Origin: Patescibacteria group bacterium
GTDB taxonomy: Bacteria > Patescibacteriota > Patescibacteriia > XYB2-FULL-38-15
Direction: 5' to 3'
DNA length: 64,000 bases
Assembly: GCA_041737355.1 (NCBI GenBank)
Contig: JBGSRW010000009.1
Span: 5,323-69,322, forward strand
Shown here: positions 28,690 to 37,902 of the stretch, piece after piece
How the letters are laid out: every line of letters starts with the position of its first letter
Numbering within the stretch: position 1 is the first letter of the stretch
The notes under the pieces: model-generated
Told to the model about the DNA's origin: nothing
Databases searched by the model: none
Seen by the model: only the letters and a program-made list of their open reading frames with translations
Position numbers and translations under genes: made by a program

Positions 28690-29947
28690 ATTGAATTTAA
28701 ATTTTTTGAAGACACCGATAAATATTGCCGTTGCCTCCCTTTGGCGTCACAAAATGAGAGCGATTTTGACAATTCTCGGCATTGCGGTCGGCATTATGGC
28801 CGTTATTGTCGTTCTCTCCGCCGGAAGAGCGATCGAGGATTTTATCGTCGGCCAGATTACAATGTTTGGTACCGATTATGTCGTTGTGGAAATCAAGGTT
28901 CCGGCGACTGAACACGCTTCCGCGGAAAATGCGACAAGCATGGCCCAGGGAGTGCAGGTTACCACCTTGAAAGAGTCTGACGCGGAAGAGTTAAAAAAAA
29001 TTTCTAACGTAAAAAATGTTTATTCCGCGCAGATGGGCCAGGCCATTTTTTCCTATAAAGAGCAGAATAAAATAGGCATGATTTTCGGCGTCACAGCCTC
29101 TTTTGACGAAATTGATCCCGGTGAAATAGCCGAGGGCCGTTTTTTTAATGATGGTGAAGACAAGGGTTTGGCTAAAGTGGTGGTACTCGGCAGTAAGATT
29201 AAAGAGAAGCTTTTTGGGCGGGAAGACGCCGTCGGAAAAAGAGTAAGGATAAAAAAACAAAATTATAAAGTTGTCGGGGTGATGAAGGAGCGGGGCGGAG
29301 CTAGCGTTTTTTCCATGGACGACATGGCTTATCTCCCCCTGCGTACTCTTCAGAAATTAATTTTAGGCATCGACTATATTCAGATGGTTTACGCTCAACT
29401 GGAAGATCCGTCGCTTTCCGCCGTGACAGCCGACGATTTGGCAATGCGCATGAGAGAGCTGCACGATATAGACGATCCTAAAAAAGAGGATTTTTCCGTT
29501 ACTGCCGCCGAGGAAGGCATGGCAATGCTTGGAACGATCACGGGAGCCATTAAGCTTTTGCTCTTTGCTCTCGCCTCCATTTCTTTGGTTGTCGGCGGTG
29601 TCGGTATTATGAATGTTATGTATGTTGCCGTAGCCGAGAGAACCTTTGAGATCGGTCTTAGAAAAGCCATTGGAGCGAAACGCCGTGATATTTTGAGCCA
29701 ATTTTTGGCGGAGGCGATAGCGATTACTTTTTTGGGCGGCGTCGCGGGAATATTTATCGGTACGGGGCTGTCTTACGCCATAAGCCGGATAGCTAATTCC
29801 TTGGGTTATGCATGGAAATTTTATCTCTCACCCCAATATATCCTTTTGGCGGTAGGTGTTTCGGTTATGGTAGGTTTGATTGCCGGTCTTTATCCGGCCA
29901 GGGCGGCGGCTCGCCTGGAGCCGATGGTAGCTCTCCGTAAAGAATAA
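28682..29947 (+). CDS. ABC transporter permease, MacB/FtsX type (second copy)
   Basis: Same architecture as 27448-28689 (paralogous). Confidence 0.8.
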   Translation: MSRLNLNFLKTPINIAVASLWRHKMRAILTILGIAVGIMAVIVVLSAGRAIEDFIVGQITMFGTDYVVVEIKVPATEHASAENATSMAQGVQVTTLKESDAEELKKISNVKNVYSAQMGQAIFSYKEQNKIGMIFGVTASFDEIDPGEIAEGRFFNDGEDKGLAKVVVLGSKIKEKLFGREDAVGKRVRIKKQNYKVVGVMKERGGASVFSMDDMAYLPLRTLQKLILGIDYIQMVYAQLEDPSLSAVTADDLAMRMRELHDIDDPKKEDFSVTAAEEGMAMLGTITGAIKLLLFALASISLVVGGVGIMNVMYVAVAERTFEIGLRKAIGAKRRDILSQFLAEAIAITFLGGVAGIFIGTGLSYAISRIANSLGYAWKFYLSPQYILLAVGVSVMVGLIAGLYPARAAARLEPMVALRKE

Positions 29948-29949
29948 AT

Positions 29950-30417
29950 ATGCTCAATATCGTTATTTTGGCGGTAGGAAAAATTAAAGAAAAATATTTT
30001 GCCGAGGCGGCTGCCGAATATTTTAAAAGGCTTCGCCCTTACGCTAAAATTATTGTTGAAGAAGCGGCGGCGGAGTCGTTCCGCAAAGAATCGGACAGAG
30101 AGAAAGCCAAAAGGGAAGAGGGACTGAGGCTGGCAAAAGCTTTGGAAAAATATTTGGAGAGTGAGATTATTATTCTTGATGAGCGCGGCAAGCAATTTTC
30201 TTCCCCCGCTTTTTCCGGTTTTTTAAATAATGAAAAGCGGAGAATAGTATTTGTTATAGGGGGAGCTCTCGGTTTATCTCCGGAAATTTTGGCCAAACCG
30301 TATCGCAAAATTTCCTTGTCGGAGATGACTTTACCGCACGAAATGGCGAGAGTGTTTTTGCTTGAACAAATTTATCGGGCCGCGACAATCGCGGCCGGAA
30401 AAACGTATCATTATTGA
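29950..30417 (+). CDS. rlmH: 23S rRNA (pseudouridine1915-N3)-methyltransferase
   Basis: SPOUT RlmH family similarity over the full 155 aa. Confidence 0.85.
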   Translation: MLNIVILAVGKIKEKYFAEAAAEYFKRLRPYAKIIVEEAAAESFRKESDREKAKREEGLRLAKALEKYLESEIIILDERGKQFSSPAFSGFLNNEKRRIVFVIGGALGLSPEILAKPYRKISLSEMTLPHEMARVFLLEQIYRAATIAAGKTYHY

Positions 30418-30420
30418 TCT

Positions 30421-31191
30421 ATGGATTTTTTCCAGGCGATTATTTTAGGAATTATCGAAGGCGTAACGGAATTTTTACCGGTTTCTTCAACCGGGCACTT
30501 AATTTTGGCTTCGGATTTGTTGCGTTTACCGGGAACGGAATTTTTGAAAAGTTTTGAAATAGCGATCCAGCTTGGCGCTATCTTGGCGGTCGTTGTCCTC
30601 TATTGGAAATCGTTTTTTTTGGAGTTGGGAGTTTTAAAAAAGGTTATCGTCGCTTTTCTCCCAACCGCCCTTTTAGGTCTTATCTTCTACAAATTAATAA
30701 AGCAATTTCTGCTCGGCAACAGGGATGTCGTTTTGTGGTCGCTTTTTATCGGCGGAATTATTTTGATTATTTTTGAAATTTTTTATAAAGAAAAACCGGG
30801 CGCGGTTGAGGAGTTTTCGGAAATTTCTTACGGGAAGGCCCTGGCGATCGGTTTTTTCCAGTCGGTCGCCATGGTTCCGGGAATTTCAAGGGCGGCAGCC
30901 ACGATCATCGGCGGTCTGGCGCTTGGGCTAAAAAGAAAAACCATAGTTGAATTTTCTTTTATTCTGGCAGTGCCGACCATGGCCGCGGCGACCGGGCTCG
31001 ATCTCGTAAAAAGCGCCGGGGCTTTTTCCGCGGATCAATTCTGGCTGTTGTTGGCTGGGTTTGCCTTCGCGTTTTTTACCGCCATTCTCGCAATAAAATT
31101 TTTACTTTATTTTATAAAAAATAACTCTTTTATTTTTTTTGGCGTCTATCGGATTATTTTGGCCGCTGCCTTCTGGTTTTTGGTTCGTTAA
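30421..31191 (+). CDS. uppP: Undecaprenyl-diphosphatase
   Basis: ILGIIEGVTEFLPVSSTGHLIL BacA motif; multi-TM. Confidence 0.85.
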   Translation: MDFFQAIILGIIEGVTEFLPVSSTGHLILASDLLRLPGTEFLKSFEIAIQLGAILAVVVLYWKSFFLELGVLKKVIVAFLPTALLGLIFYKLIKQFLLGNRDVVLWSLFIGGIILIIFEIFYKEKPGAVEEFSEISYGKALAIGFFQSVAMVPGISRAAATIIGGLALGLKRKTIVEFSFILAVPTMAAATGLDLVKSAGAFSADQFWLLLAGFAFAFFTAILAIKFLLYFIKNNSFIFFGVYRIILAAAFWFLVR

Positions 31192-31214
31192 AGCCGGCCG
31201 GACGTTGTTAAAAT

Positions 31215-32372
31215 ATGCGCATTGGTTTTTTTACCGACTACGCTTATCCCGGCGGTTTCGGAGTGGAAACCGTCATCAGAACTTTTAAGAATTGCCTCGA
31301 AAAAATGGGGCACGAGGTTTTTATTTATGCCCCGGACGACAAGGAAATAAAAAAAGACGAGAAGAACATTTTTCGATTCAAGTCGTTAAAAATCCAAAAG
31401 AACCCGAAAATATTTTTGAGTTTTTCCCGCCTCCCGAAGAATAGAAGTTTTAAGGAGATAATCGATTTTAAATTAGATATTGCCCACGCTCATTCCATTT
31501 TTGCCATGGGGGAGTTGGCCCAAAAGATTTCCAAAGCCCAAAAAATTCCCCTTATATGCACGCACCACACCGATTACCCGGCTTGGATTAAGGATAACCT
31601 GAAAGAAAAATTTATTTTGCCGCGCCTGGTTTTGAACAAGGTAAGAAATTTTTCCAACCAGGCCGATGCCGTTATCGCTCCGTCTTCCAAAATTAAGGTT
31701 TCGATGGAAAAATTCCGTGTCACAAAACCGATTTATGTTTTGTCCAACTGCGTTGACCTTGGCCTTTTTTATAAAGATAAATCCGGTTCCGATAAATTAA
31801 GAAAAAAATACGGAATTTCCCCCGGAGCCAAGGTTCTTATTTTTGTCGGCCGCCTTTCCAAGGAAAAAAATATTCTCTTCCTGCTCGAAGCGATGGGAGA
31901 AATTTTGAAATCGAGAAAAGATACGGTTTTGCTTTTGGTCGGCGAGGGATACCAGCGGGAGGAGCTAACCGGGAAAGCGAGGGAGCTCGGTCTCGGAGAA
32001 AATGTAAAATTTATCGGTTTTATTCCGCACGCGAAAATCGCCCCTTTTTACAATATGTCCGATCTTTTCGTTATGTCTTCTTTGAGCGAAATTATGCCGC
32101 TCGTTATTCTCGAGGCCGAGGCTTGCGGGTTACCAATCGTAGTCTTGGACGATTTGGCATTTCGTGATACAGTATTTGAAGGGGAAAACGGTTTTGTGGT
32201 AAAGGAAAATTCTCCGGTTGTTTTTGCTAAAAGAGTCGAGGAACTCCTGAAAAACGAGGCGTTTTACGGGAAGTTTTCCTCCCGGGCGGAAGAGATTGCC
32301 CGGGGGTTTTCCGAGGAAGCGCAAACCAAAAAATTGCTGGAAATATACGCGAAATTTTTGGGAAGAAAATAA
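31215..32372 (+). CDS. GT4-family glycosyltransferase
   Basis: GT-B fold; C-terminal E..A.GLPIV motif. Confidence 0.75.
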   Translation: MRIGFFTDYAYPGGFGVETVIRTFKNCLEKMGHEVFIYAPDDKEIKKDEKNIFRFKSLKIQKNPKIFLSFSRLPKNRSFKEIIDFKLDIAHAHSIFAMGELAQKISKAQKIPLICTHHTDYPAWIKDNLKEKFILPRLVLNKVRNFSNQADAVIAPSSKIKVSMEKFRVTKPIYVLSNCVDLGLFYKDKSGSDKLRKKYGISPGAKVLIFVGRLSKEKNILFLLEAMGEILKSRKDTVLLLVGEGYQREELTGKARELGLGENVKFIGFIPHAKIAPFYNMSDLFVMSSLSEIMPLVILEAEACGLPIVVLDDLAFRDTVFEGENGFVVKENSPVVFAKRVEELLKNEAFYGKFSSRAEEIARGFSEEAQTKKLLEIYAKFLGRK

Positions 32373-32374
32373 TT

Positions 32375-33109
32375 ATGAAAGTTTCAATTATTGTCCCCGC
32401 CTATAACGAGGAAAAATTGCTGCCACGCTGTTTGAAATCAATTCTGTCGGCCAAGCTGCCGGAGGATTTTGAAGTTATCGTAATAAATAACGCCTCTACC
32501 GACAAGACCGGAGAGATTGCAAGAAGTTTTTCCGGGATCAGGGTGGTTGACGAGCCGAACAAGGGTCTGACCAAAGCCAGGCAGGCCGGTTTTCGGGCTG
32601 CCTCGGGAGATATTCTTGTTTATTTTGACGCCGATACAATCGTCCCGAATCACTGGTTTAAGCTGGCTTTGGAAAAATTCAAGGCCAACCCAAGGCTTGT
32701 CGGCGTTTCCGGGCCATACCATTATGAAGCAATTTCTCCTTTCGCGCGCGCTCTCGAATGGACATACAACTGCGTTATCATGCAAGCCGGGGAATTTGTT
32801 TGGAAATATATTTTGCGTCAGGGAGGCATAATGCTTGTCGGGGGAAATTTTGCCGTGAAAAGGGAGGCCCTCCATTCAATCGGAGGTTTCGACACGGAGC
32901 TGGAATTTTTCGGCGAGGATACGAATCTGACGAGAAGGGTCGCCAAAGTCGGAAATATAGATTTTACCAATCAGCTTTATGTTTATACTTCTCCCCGCCG
33001 TTTTCAGCAGGAAGGGGGAGTGAGACTGGCTACGAAGTACGTTCTTAATTTTTTCGGGGAATGGATTTTTAAAAAACCGGTCAGCAAAACTTACCAAGAC
33101 TTCAGATAG
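32375..33109 (+). CDS. Family-2 glycosyltransferase
   Basis: VSIIVPAYNEE..NNASTDKT; DAD motif. Confidence 0.75.
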   Translation: MKVSIIVPAYNEEKLLPRCLKSILSAKLPEDFEVIVINNASTDKTGEIARSFSGIRVVDEPNKGLTKARQAGFRAASGDILVYFDADTIVPNHWFKLALEKFKANPRLVGVSGPYHYEAISPFARALEWTYNCVIMQAGEFVWKYILRQGGIMLVGGNFAVKREALHSIGGFDTELEFFGEDTNLTRRVAKVGNIDFTNQLYVYTSPRRFQQEGGVRLATKYVLNFFGEWIFKKPVSKTYQDFR

Positions 33110-33117
33110 CGAGGAAA

Positions 33118-34479
33118 ATGAAAACCAAGAAAAAAAACAGCAATCACCAAAAAGCCTGGGTTGTTGCCGTGGACATGGGTTACGGTCATCAGCGGGCTGC
33201 TTTTCCGTTGAAAAAATTGGCTTACGGAGGAAAGATTATCAACGCCAGCAACTATCCGGGAATGCCGAAGAGTGACCGTAGAATATGGCAGGAGAGCAAA
33301 AAATTCTACGAATTCATTTCCCGTTTTCAGCGCATACCGGTAGTCGGGAGAAAAGCTTTCGATATTTTCGACAAATTGCAGGCAATTTTGCCTTTCTATC
33401 CGAAGCGCGATTTGTCCAAGCCGAATCTCCAGTTGAGGGAGGTGGATCATTTAATCAGAAAAAACGGCTGGGGAAAACAATTGATAAGTAAGTTTGAGAA
33501 GAATCCGTTGCCGCTCGTTACGACTTTTCCTATCCCCGCCATGATGGCCGAAATCTGGGATTACAGCGGAGAAATTTATTGCGTTATCTGTGACGCCGAT
33601 ATTTCAAGAACTTGGGTTCCGCCGGATCCGGCCAAGAGCAGAATAAAATATTTTGCCTCGAATTACCGGGTGGTTGAAAGACTGAAACTTTACGGCGTCA
33701 AAACGGAAAATATTTTTTTGACCGGTTTTCCGCTGCCGCCGGAACTTACAGGAGGAAGATTTTTAGAGGTATTGAGAAGCGATTTGGGATACCGGCTGTT
33801 GAATCTCGATCCGATGAAAAAATACATTCCTTCGTACCGCTCAACGATTATTGAAAAACTCGGAGCCCACAAATGCTGTCCGAAAAAACCGAATCATCCG
33901 CTGACCCTGATGTTCGCGGTTGGCGGGGCCGGAGCGCAGCGGGATTTGGGTATGGATATTATCAGAAGTTTGTCCAAAAAAATCAGGTCAAATCAGATCA
34001 GGGTAATTTTGGTGGCCGGCATCCGCAATGAAGTAAACCGGTATTTCAGAAAAAATATAAGGAAAATGGGCCTGGGGAAATATCTGGATAAAAATATCAA
34101 GACTATTTTTTCCGCCGGCCGCGAAGAATATTTCAGAAAATTTAACCGGGCTCTCCGGACAGTCGATATTTTATGGACAAAGCCAAGCGAGCTTTCTTTC
34201 TATACGGCGCTCGGCTTGCCGATTATTATCGCTCCGCCGGTCGGTTCGCAGGAAGATTTTAACCAAAAATGGCTTATGACGATCGGTTCCGGCCTTCCGC
34301 AGGAGGATGCCAAATATACCGGAGAATGGCTTTTTGACTGGCTTGAGTCGGGCTGGTTTGCCGAGGCGGCGATGCAAGGGTTTATGGAGGGCGGAAAGTA
34401 CGGAGTTTATAATATAGAAAAAATAATTAAACACAAGCTTGGAGAAGTAAAAAGGGTAAAAACAGTGCTCCAGTATTAA
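33118..34479 (+). CDS. GT-B fold glycosyltransferase, MurG/MGDG-synthase (GT28)-like
   Basis: N-terminal VAVDMGYGHQRAA and C-terminal LMFAVGGAGAQRDLG resemble GT28 nucleotide-sugar transferases; family assignment tentative. Confidence 0.45.
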   Translation: MKTKKKNSNHQKAWVVAVDMGYGHQRAAFPLKKLAYGGKIINASNYPGMPKSDRRIWQESKKFYEFISRFQRIPVVGRKAFDIFDKLQAILPFYPKRDLSKPNLQLREVDHLIRKNGWGKQLISKFEKNPLPLVTTFPIPAMMAEIWDYSGEIYCVICDADISRTWVPPDPAKSRIKYFASNYRVVERLKLYGVKTENIFLTGFPLPPELTGGRFLEVLRSDLGYRLLNLDPMKKYIPSYRSTIIEKLGAHKCCPKKPNHPLTLMFAVGGAGAQRDLGMDIIRSLSKKIRSNQIRVILVAGIRNEVNRYFRKNIRKMGLGKYLDKNIKTIFSAGREEYFRKFNRALRTVDILWTKPSELSFYTALGLPIIIAPPVGSQEDFNQKWLMTIGSGLPQEDAKYTGEWLFDWLESGWFAEAAMQGFMEGGKYGVYNIEKIIKHKLGEVKRVKTVLQY

Positions 34480-34481
34480 TC

Positions 34482-35477
34482 ATGAATTTTTGGCTAAAAA
34501 AAATCTTAATAGGGTTGGCCGTTTTTGTCGCAGCGGTTGTTTTGTTTTTGGCCGCTCTTTGGCTGCCGTTTTTCAATAAAAAAAAGCCGATGGAATTCGG
34601 GGCAAGCTTCAGTCGGCCGTACGCCGAGTCCCTGGGTCTCGATTGGCAGGCGGCCTACTTGGCGATCCTCGACGATCTCGGCGCAAAATACCTCCGGCTC
34701 GGGTCGGAATGGGATAAAATTGAAGAGAGCGAAGGGAATTACGATTTTTCCGCCCTAGACTGGCAGTTGGCCGAAGCGGAGAAAAGGGGAGTCAAGGTTT
34801 TGCTTGTAGTTGGGAACCGCCAGCCGCGCTGGCCCGAATGCCATACTCCGGCTTGGCTTTCCGATTCCCTTGATGTGGAAATAAAGGAAAGAACGCTTGA
34901 ATTTATAAAAGTCGTGGTCGAAAGATACAAAAATTCTCCGGCCGTGGAAATGTGGCAGGTGGAAAACGAGCCTCTGCTTAATATTTTCGGCAAATGCCCC
35001 AAGGGTGACGTTAGTTTTTTGAAAGAAGAGATAGCGCTGGTAAAAACTCTCGATAGCCGGCCGGTTATGATTACCGACAGTGGAGAGCTTTCTACCTGGA
35101 GCCAGACGGCCCATCTCGGCGATTTTTTCGGCACCTCGGTTTACCGGGTAGTCCATAATCCCTACACCGGATATTTTTATCATTTTTGGGCTCCGGCCTC
35201 TTATCGCCTCAAGGCGAAGCTCGTTGGCCTCTCTCTCGATAAAGCGATAATCTCCGAACTTCAGGCCGAACCCTGGCTTAGCGACGGGGCCGAGTATTCA
35301 GCTCCGGAAGAACAGAAAAGAATGATGAGTCCGGAAAGAATAGAAAAGCAAATCGATTTCGCGACCCGGACCGGGTTTTCCCGCGCTTATGTTTGGGGAG
35401 TTGAATGGTGGTATTGGCTTAAAGAACAGGGCGACGATTCGGTCTGGCAGATTGGGAGAAAAATCTGGCATCCCTAG
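34482..35477 (+). CDS. Membrane-anchored TIM-barrel glycoside hydrolase (GH5/GH113-like)
   Basis: N-terminal TM; VENEP acid/base motif typical of clan GH-A. Confidence 0.45.
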   Translation: MNFWLKKILIGLAVFVAAVVLFLAALWLPFFNKKKPMEFGASFSRPYAESLGLDWQAAYLAILDDLGAKYLRLGSEWDKIEESEGNYDFSALDWQLAEAEKRGVKVLLVVGNRQPRWPECHTPAWLSDSLDVEIKERTLEFIKVVVERYKNSPAVEMWQVENEPLLNIFGKCPKGDVSFLKEEIALVKTLDSRPVMITDSGELSTWSQTAHLGDFFGTSVYRVVHNPYTGYFYHFWAPASYRLKAKLVGLSLDKAIISELQAEPWLSDGAEYSAPEEQKRMMSPERIEKQIDFATRTGFSRAYVWGVEWWYWLKEQGDDSVWQIGRKIWHP

Positions 35478-35554
35478 ATTTCCTTTACATTTAGCTTAAA
35501 TCGTGGTATACTCTATAAAGTTATACACAGCCTAATTTTTAACTATTTCAAACT

Positions 35555-35728
35555 ATGGCCAACGAACCAGTTGTAGCTTATTGCGTAAAATGCAAGGCAA
35601 AAAAGGACATGAAGGACCCCCAGGAAGTGGAAATGAAGGGAAAGGGCGGCGTAGCGCGTCGTGCTATGAAAGGCACATGCCCGGTTTGCGGAACAGGTAT
35701 GTACAGAATTTTGGGCAAAAAGGACTAA
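35555..35728 (+). CDS. Small zinc-ribbon protein (57 aa; below the ORF-track cutoff)
   Basis: MANEPVVAYCVKCKAKKDMKDPQEVEMKGKGGVARRAMKGTCPVCGTGMYRILGKKD has CxxC...CxxCG; followed by a terminator. Confidence 0.5.
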   Translation: MANEPVVAYCVKCKAKKDMKDPQEVEMKGKGGVARRAMKGTCPVCGTGMYRILGKKD

Positions 35729-35748
35729 TTTGGCTTAGAATAAAGGAA

Positions 35749-35785
35749 AAAACGCTGAAAATTTCAAATCTTCAGCGTTTTTTAA
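35749..35785 (+). terminator. Intrinsic terminator
   Basis: aaaacgctgaaaatttcaaatcttcagcgtttttt. Confidence 0.8.
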
Positions 35786-35834
35786 TCTTTAAGATGTACA
35801 ATAGATCCGAAGCTTATAAGTAAAATAAAAATAT

Positions 35835-36284
35835 ATGAAAGTCGGAGAGATAATGCAAAAGGATGTGGTTTCCGTGCCAAAAGGCACGCCTTTCCGCGAG
35901 GTAGCCAAGATTCTAATTGAGAAAAAGGTGAGTGGCGCCCCGGTTATTGATGAAACAGGGAAAATTATTGGGGTGGTTTCGGAAAAAGATCTTTTCCGGG
36001 CGGTATATCCCTCTTATGAGGATTTTTACAAGTCGCCCGAGTCGTATCTTGATTTCGAGGAATTGGAAGCCGAGGCCAAGACGGCCAACCATAAAAAGGT
36101 GGAAGATTTTATGTCCACGAGGCTGATTACCGCTGATCCTGAAACCCCGGTTTTGAAAATCGGCGCATTAATGGTAGCAACCGGTATTCACCGGGTGCCG
36201 GTAGTTCAAAATGGAAAAATAGTCGGCATGGTCGGCCGGGGGGATATTTATCGGGTAATTTTGAAGGAAAGGTTTGATCTTTAG
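35835..36284 (+). CDS. CBS-domain pair protein
   Basis: Two CBS motifs (GAPVIDETGKIIGVVSEKDL ... HRVPVVQNGKIVGMVGRGDI). Confidence 0.75.
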   Translation: MKVGEIMQKDVVSVPKGTPFREVAKILIEKKVSGAPVIDETGKIIGVVSEKDLFRAVYPSYEDFYKSPESYLDFEELEAEAKTANHKKVEDFMSTRLITADPETPVLKIGALMVATGIHRVPVVQNGKIVGMVGRGDIYRVILKERFDL

Positions 36285-36342
36285 GGAAAAATACCTTTCT
36301 TAATCTTACTGTAATTTTTTCTTGGTATAGTTATGGGTGAGA

Positions 36343-36456
36343 GGCAATCTACTGCTAGAAGTCCAGCAAAAGGCAGGACTTGCAATATAAAATTTGCGCA
36401 AAAGTAGTGGATTGTCTCTCGCCAAAAACACGACACGATGAAGTGTCGCGTTTTTT
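36343..36456 (+). ncRNA. Candidate small structured RNA with its own terminator
   Basis: 11-bp long-range stem (gagaggcaatc/gattgtctctc) enclosing hairpins, then the terminator cgacacgatgaagtgtcg plus tttttt; no ORF. Confidence 0.3.
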
Positions 36457-36467
36457 GTTAGAATATC

Positions 36468-36496
36468 TTGACAAAATATTAAAGCCATGATAAGCT
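36468..36496 (+). promoter_or_regulatory. Promoter of cassette 1 (TTGACAAAA-N14-TGaTAAGCT)
   Basis: Near-consensus -35 element and extended -10 element. Confidence 0.55.
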
Positions 36497-36517
36497 GATT
36501 TGTCGTTCGTGGTTTTG

Positions 36518-36577
36518 TTTTGGCGGTTTTATAACCTTCAAAATAAGGCCAGGAATGGTCCTGCCTATGGATGGATG
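36518..36577 (+). repeat. 60-nt conserved leader copy 1 (copy 2 at 37146-37205), ending in the start codon
   Basis: ttttggcggttttataaccttcaaaataaggccaggaatggtcctgcctatggatggATG identical in both copies; contains the hairpin gccaggaatggtcctgc that overlaps an AGGA. Confidence 0.85.
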
Positions 36578-36970
36578 CCCGGTAACCTTTGGGTTGGAAA
36601 GGGAGAGATGGAGAAGGCTACGGAGCTGGAACTTCCGAAGGAGATGACGGTCGGCGGCGTCACCTACGAGGTTGTCTCTTGCCTCAAGGAGGGCGAGGAG
36701 AGCGTCGACGGCGACGTGATGATGGAGCGGGCTTGGGAGATGAAGGCCAACCTCGGCCAGGATGACGGCGAGTTCATCCTCGCCCACCAGGACGAGATCC
36801 CGGTCGCCTTCCGCGACAAGATCGAGTTCGTCTTCCCTAACTGGCGGTCACGAAGGTTTCCCTCCGAGATCGTCATATGCGTCGAATGGGAGGGCGACCA
36901 CTGGGAGGAGAACCAAGGCTGGCTCGAAGACGACTGGTGCGACTTCGTTCGTCTCCTCCGCCGCAAGTAG
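36575..36970 (+). CDS. G+C-rich small acidic Trp-rich hypothetical protein (cassette 1), 131 aa
   Basis: Starts at the third ATG of the conserved leader; MPGNLWVGKGEMEK...EWEGDHWEENQGWLEDDWCDF; no known domain. Confidence 0.45.
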   Translation: MPGNLWVGKGEMEKATELELPKEMTVGGVTYEVVSCLKEGEESVDGDVMMERAWEMKANLGQDDGEFILAHQDEIPVAFRDKIEFVFPNWRSRRFPSEIVICVEWEGDHWEENQGWLEDDWCDFVRLLRRK

Positions 36971-37033
36971 GAACCTTGGTCACTCGGTAACTCGGCCCTC
37001 TCGGGCCGGGTCTCCGGAACCTCGGATCCTCTG

Positions 37034-37087
37034 GACCCTTGTCTCAACTACGTCTAATAAGCGTGTGTTGAGGCGGGGGTCTTTTTT
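37034..37087 (+). terminator. Intrinsic terminator of cassette 1
   Basis: gaccc...gggggtc stem followed by ttttttat. Confidence 0.6.
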
Positions 37088-37095
37088 ATACGGGG

Positions 37096-37124
37096 TTGAC
37101 AAAAATTAAGAATCATGTTAATCT
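37096..37124 (+). promoter_or_regulatory. Promoter of cassette 2 (TTGACAAAA-N14-TGtTAATCT)
   Basis: Same architecture as the 36468-36496 promoter. Confidence 0.55.
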
Positions 37125-37145
37125 ATTCGGTTGATTCCTGCCTTT

Positions 37146-37205
37146 ATTTTGGCGGTTTTATAACCTTCAAAATAAGGCCAGGAATGGTCCTGCCTATGGA
37201 TGGAT
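37146..37205 (+). repeat. 60-nt conserved leader copy 2
   Basis: Identical to 36518-36577. Confidence 0.85.
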
Positions 37206-37839
37206 GTTCGGACAAAGAAAGCTGGGAAAGATGACAAAGCCGTCGCTGGGACAGATTGCCGATCTCCACAATCAGATCGAAGCGGGTCGGGTCACTCGGG
37301 ATAATCTCCAATTTTTTCTGAGGAATCCTGAAGGGTCCGCCCTAATCTTCGGAGATTATCCGACCTTCAGTGTTACCGTCGATTACGACATCTCACTTGA
37401 GAAGATGGCAATGGCTACGGCCTTCGAAGATATCGCAGATGTCGTCGGCCTGGATCAGTTTGAGATGCGGGGGGAAGGTCGCGTCGATCGTGAACTCACC
37501 ATCTGTTCCATCTGCGAAAGCGTGACAACCAAGGTGTTGCTAGCAGAAATTGACAAGCATGGTTTCAGGCCAGCGAAAGTTGAGGATCTCCTGTCTTTTC
37601 TGGGTCAATTTCGTAGATTCCGGATGAAAACAGGAGGAACTCAGGGCGGAGCTTGGCTCGTCGCTCTCGGCTCGTACTGCTCGTGGGCGGCGGGGCATTG
37701 CATCGGATTTCCCAGTCTCCGCGAATGGAGATCCGATAAAGTAAAGCGGAGAAGCTTGTCGCTGGCGCAACCTCACTCGAAGAAGAATTTTTGGCTTCCA
37801 GAGCACTCTTTCTTGGTGGCCCGCAAGGACGCCGTATAG
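37204..37839 (+). CDS. G+C-rich hypothetical protein (cassette 2), 211 aa
   Basis: In frame with the third ATG of the conserved leader; no known domain; C-terminal third is low-complexity, so the true 3' end is uncertain. Confidence 0.4.
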   Translation: MFGQRKLGKMTKPSLGQIADLHNQIEAGRVTRDNLQFFLRNPEGSALIFGDYPTFSVTVDYDISLEKMAMATAFEDIADVVGLDQFEMRGEGRVDRELTICSICESVTTKVLLAEIDKHGFRPAKVEDLLSFLGQFRRFRMKTGGTQGGAWLVALGSYCSWAAGHCIGFPSLREWRSDKVKRRSLSLAQPHSKKNFWLPEHSFLVARKDAV

Positions 37840-37902
37840 TTCGGACTTCATCCTGACGTTTTCGGCGTAAGCCGAGAACGTCGGGCGGGGACGGACTGCT
37901 TG

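Noticed and set aside
35581-35823. 80-aa ORF from the track
   Set aside because: Wrong frame; the real gene is the 57-aa zinc-ribbon protein at 35555-35728, followed by its terminator.
36518-37205. Integron-type attC, or a DGR template/variable repeat pair, for the 60-nt repeat pair
   Set aside because: The repeats are identical with no A-specific substitutions, and they lie at the 5' (leader/start-codon) end of each ORF with their own promoters rather than 3' of promoterless cassettes.
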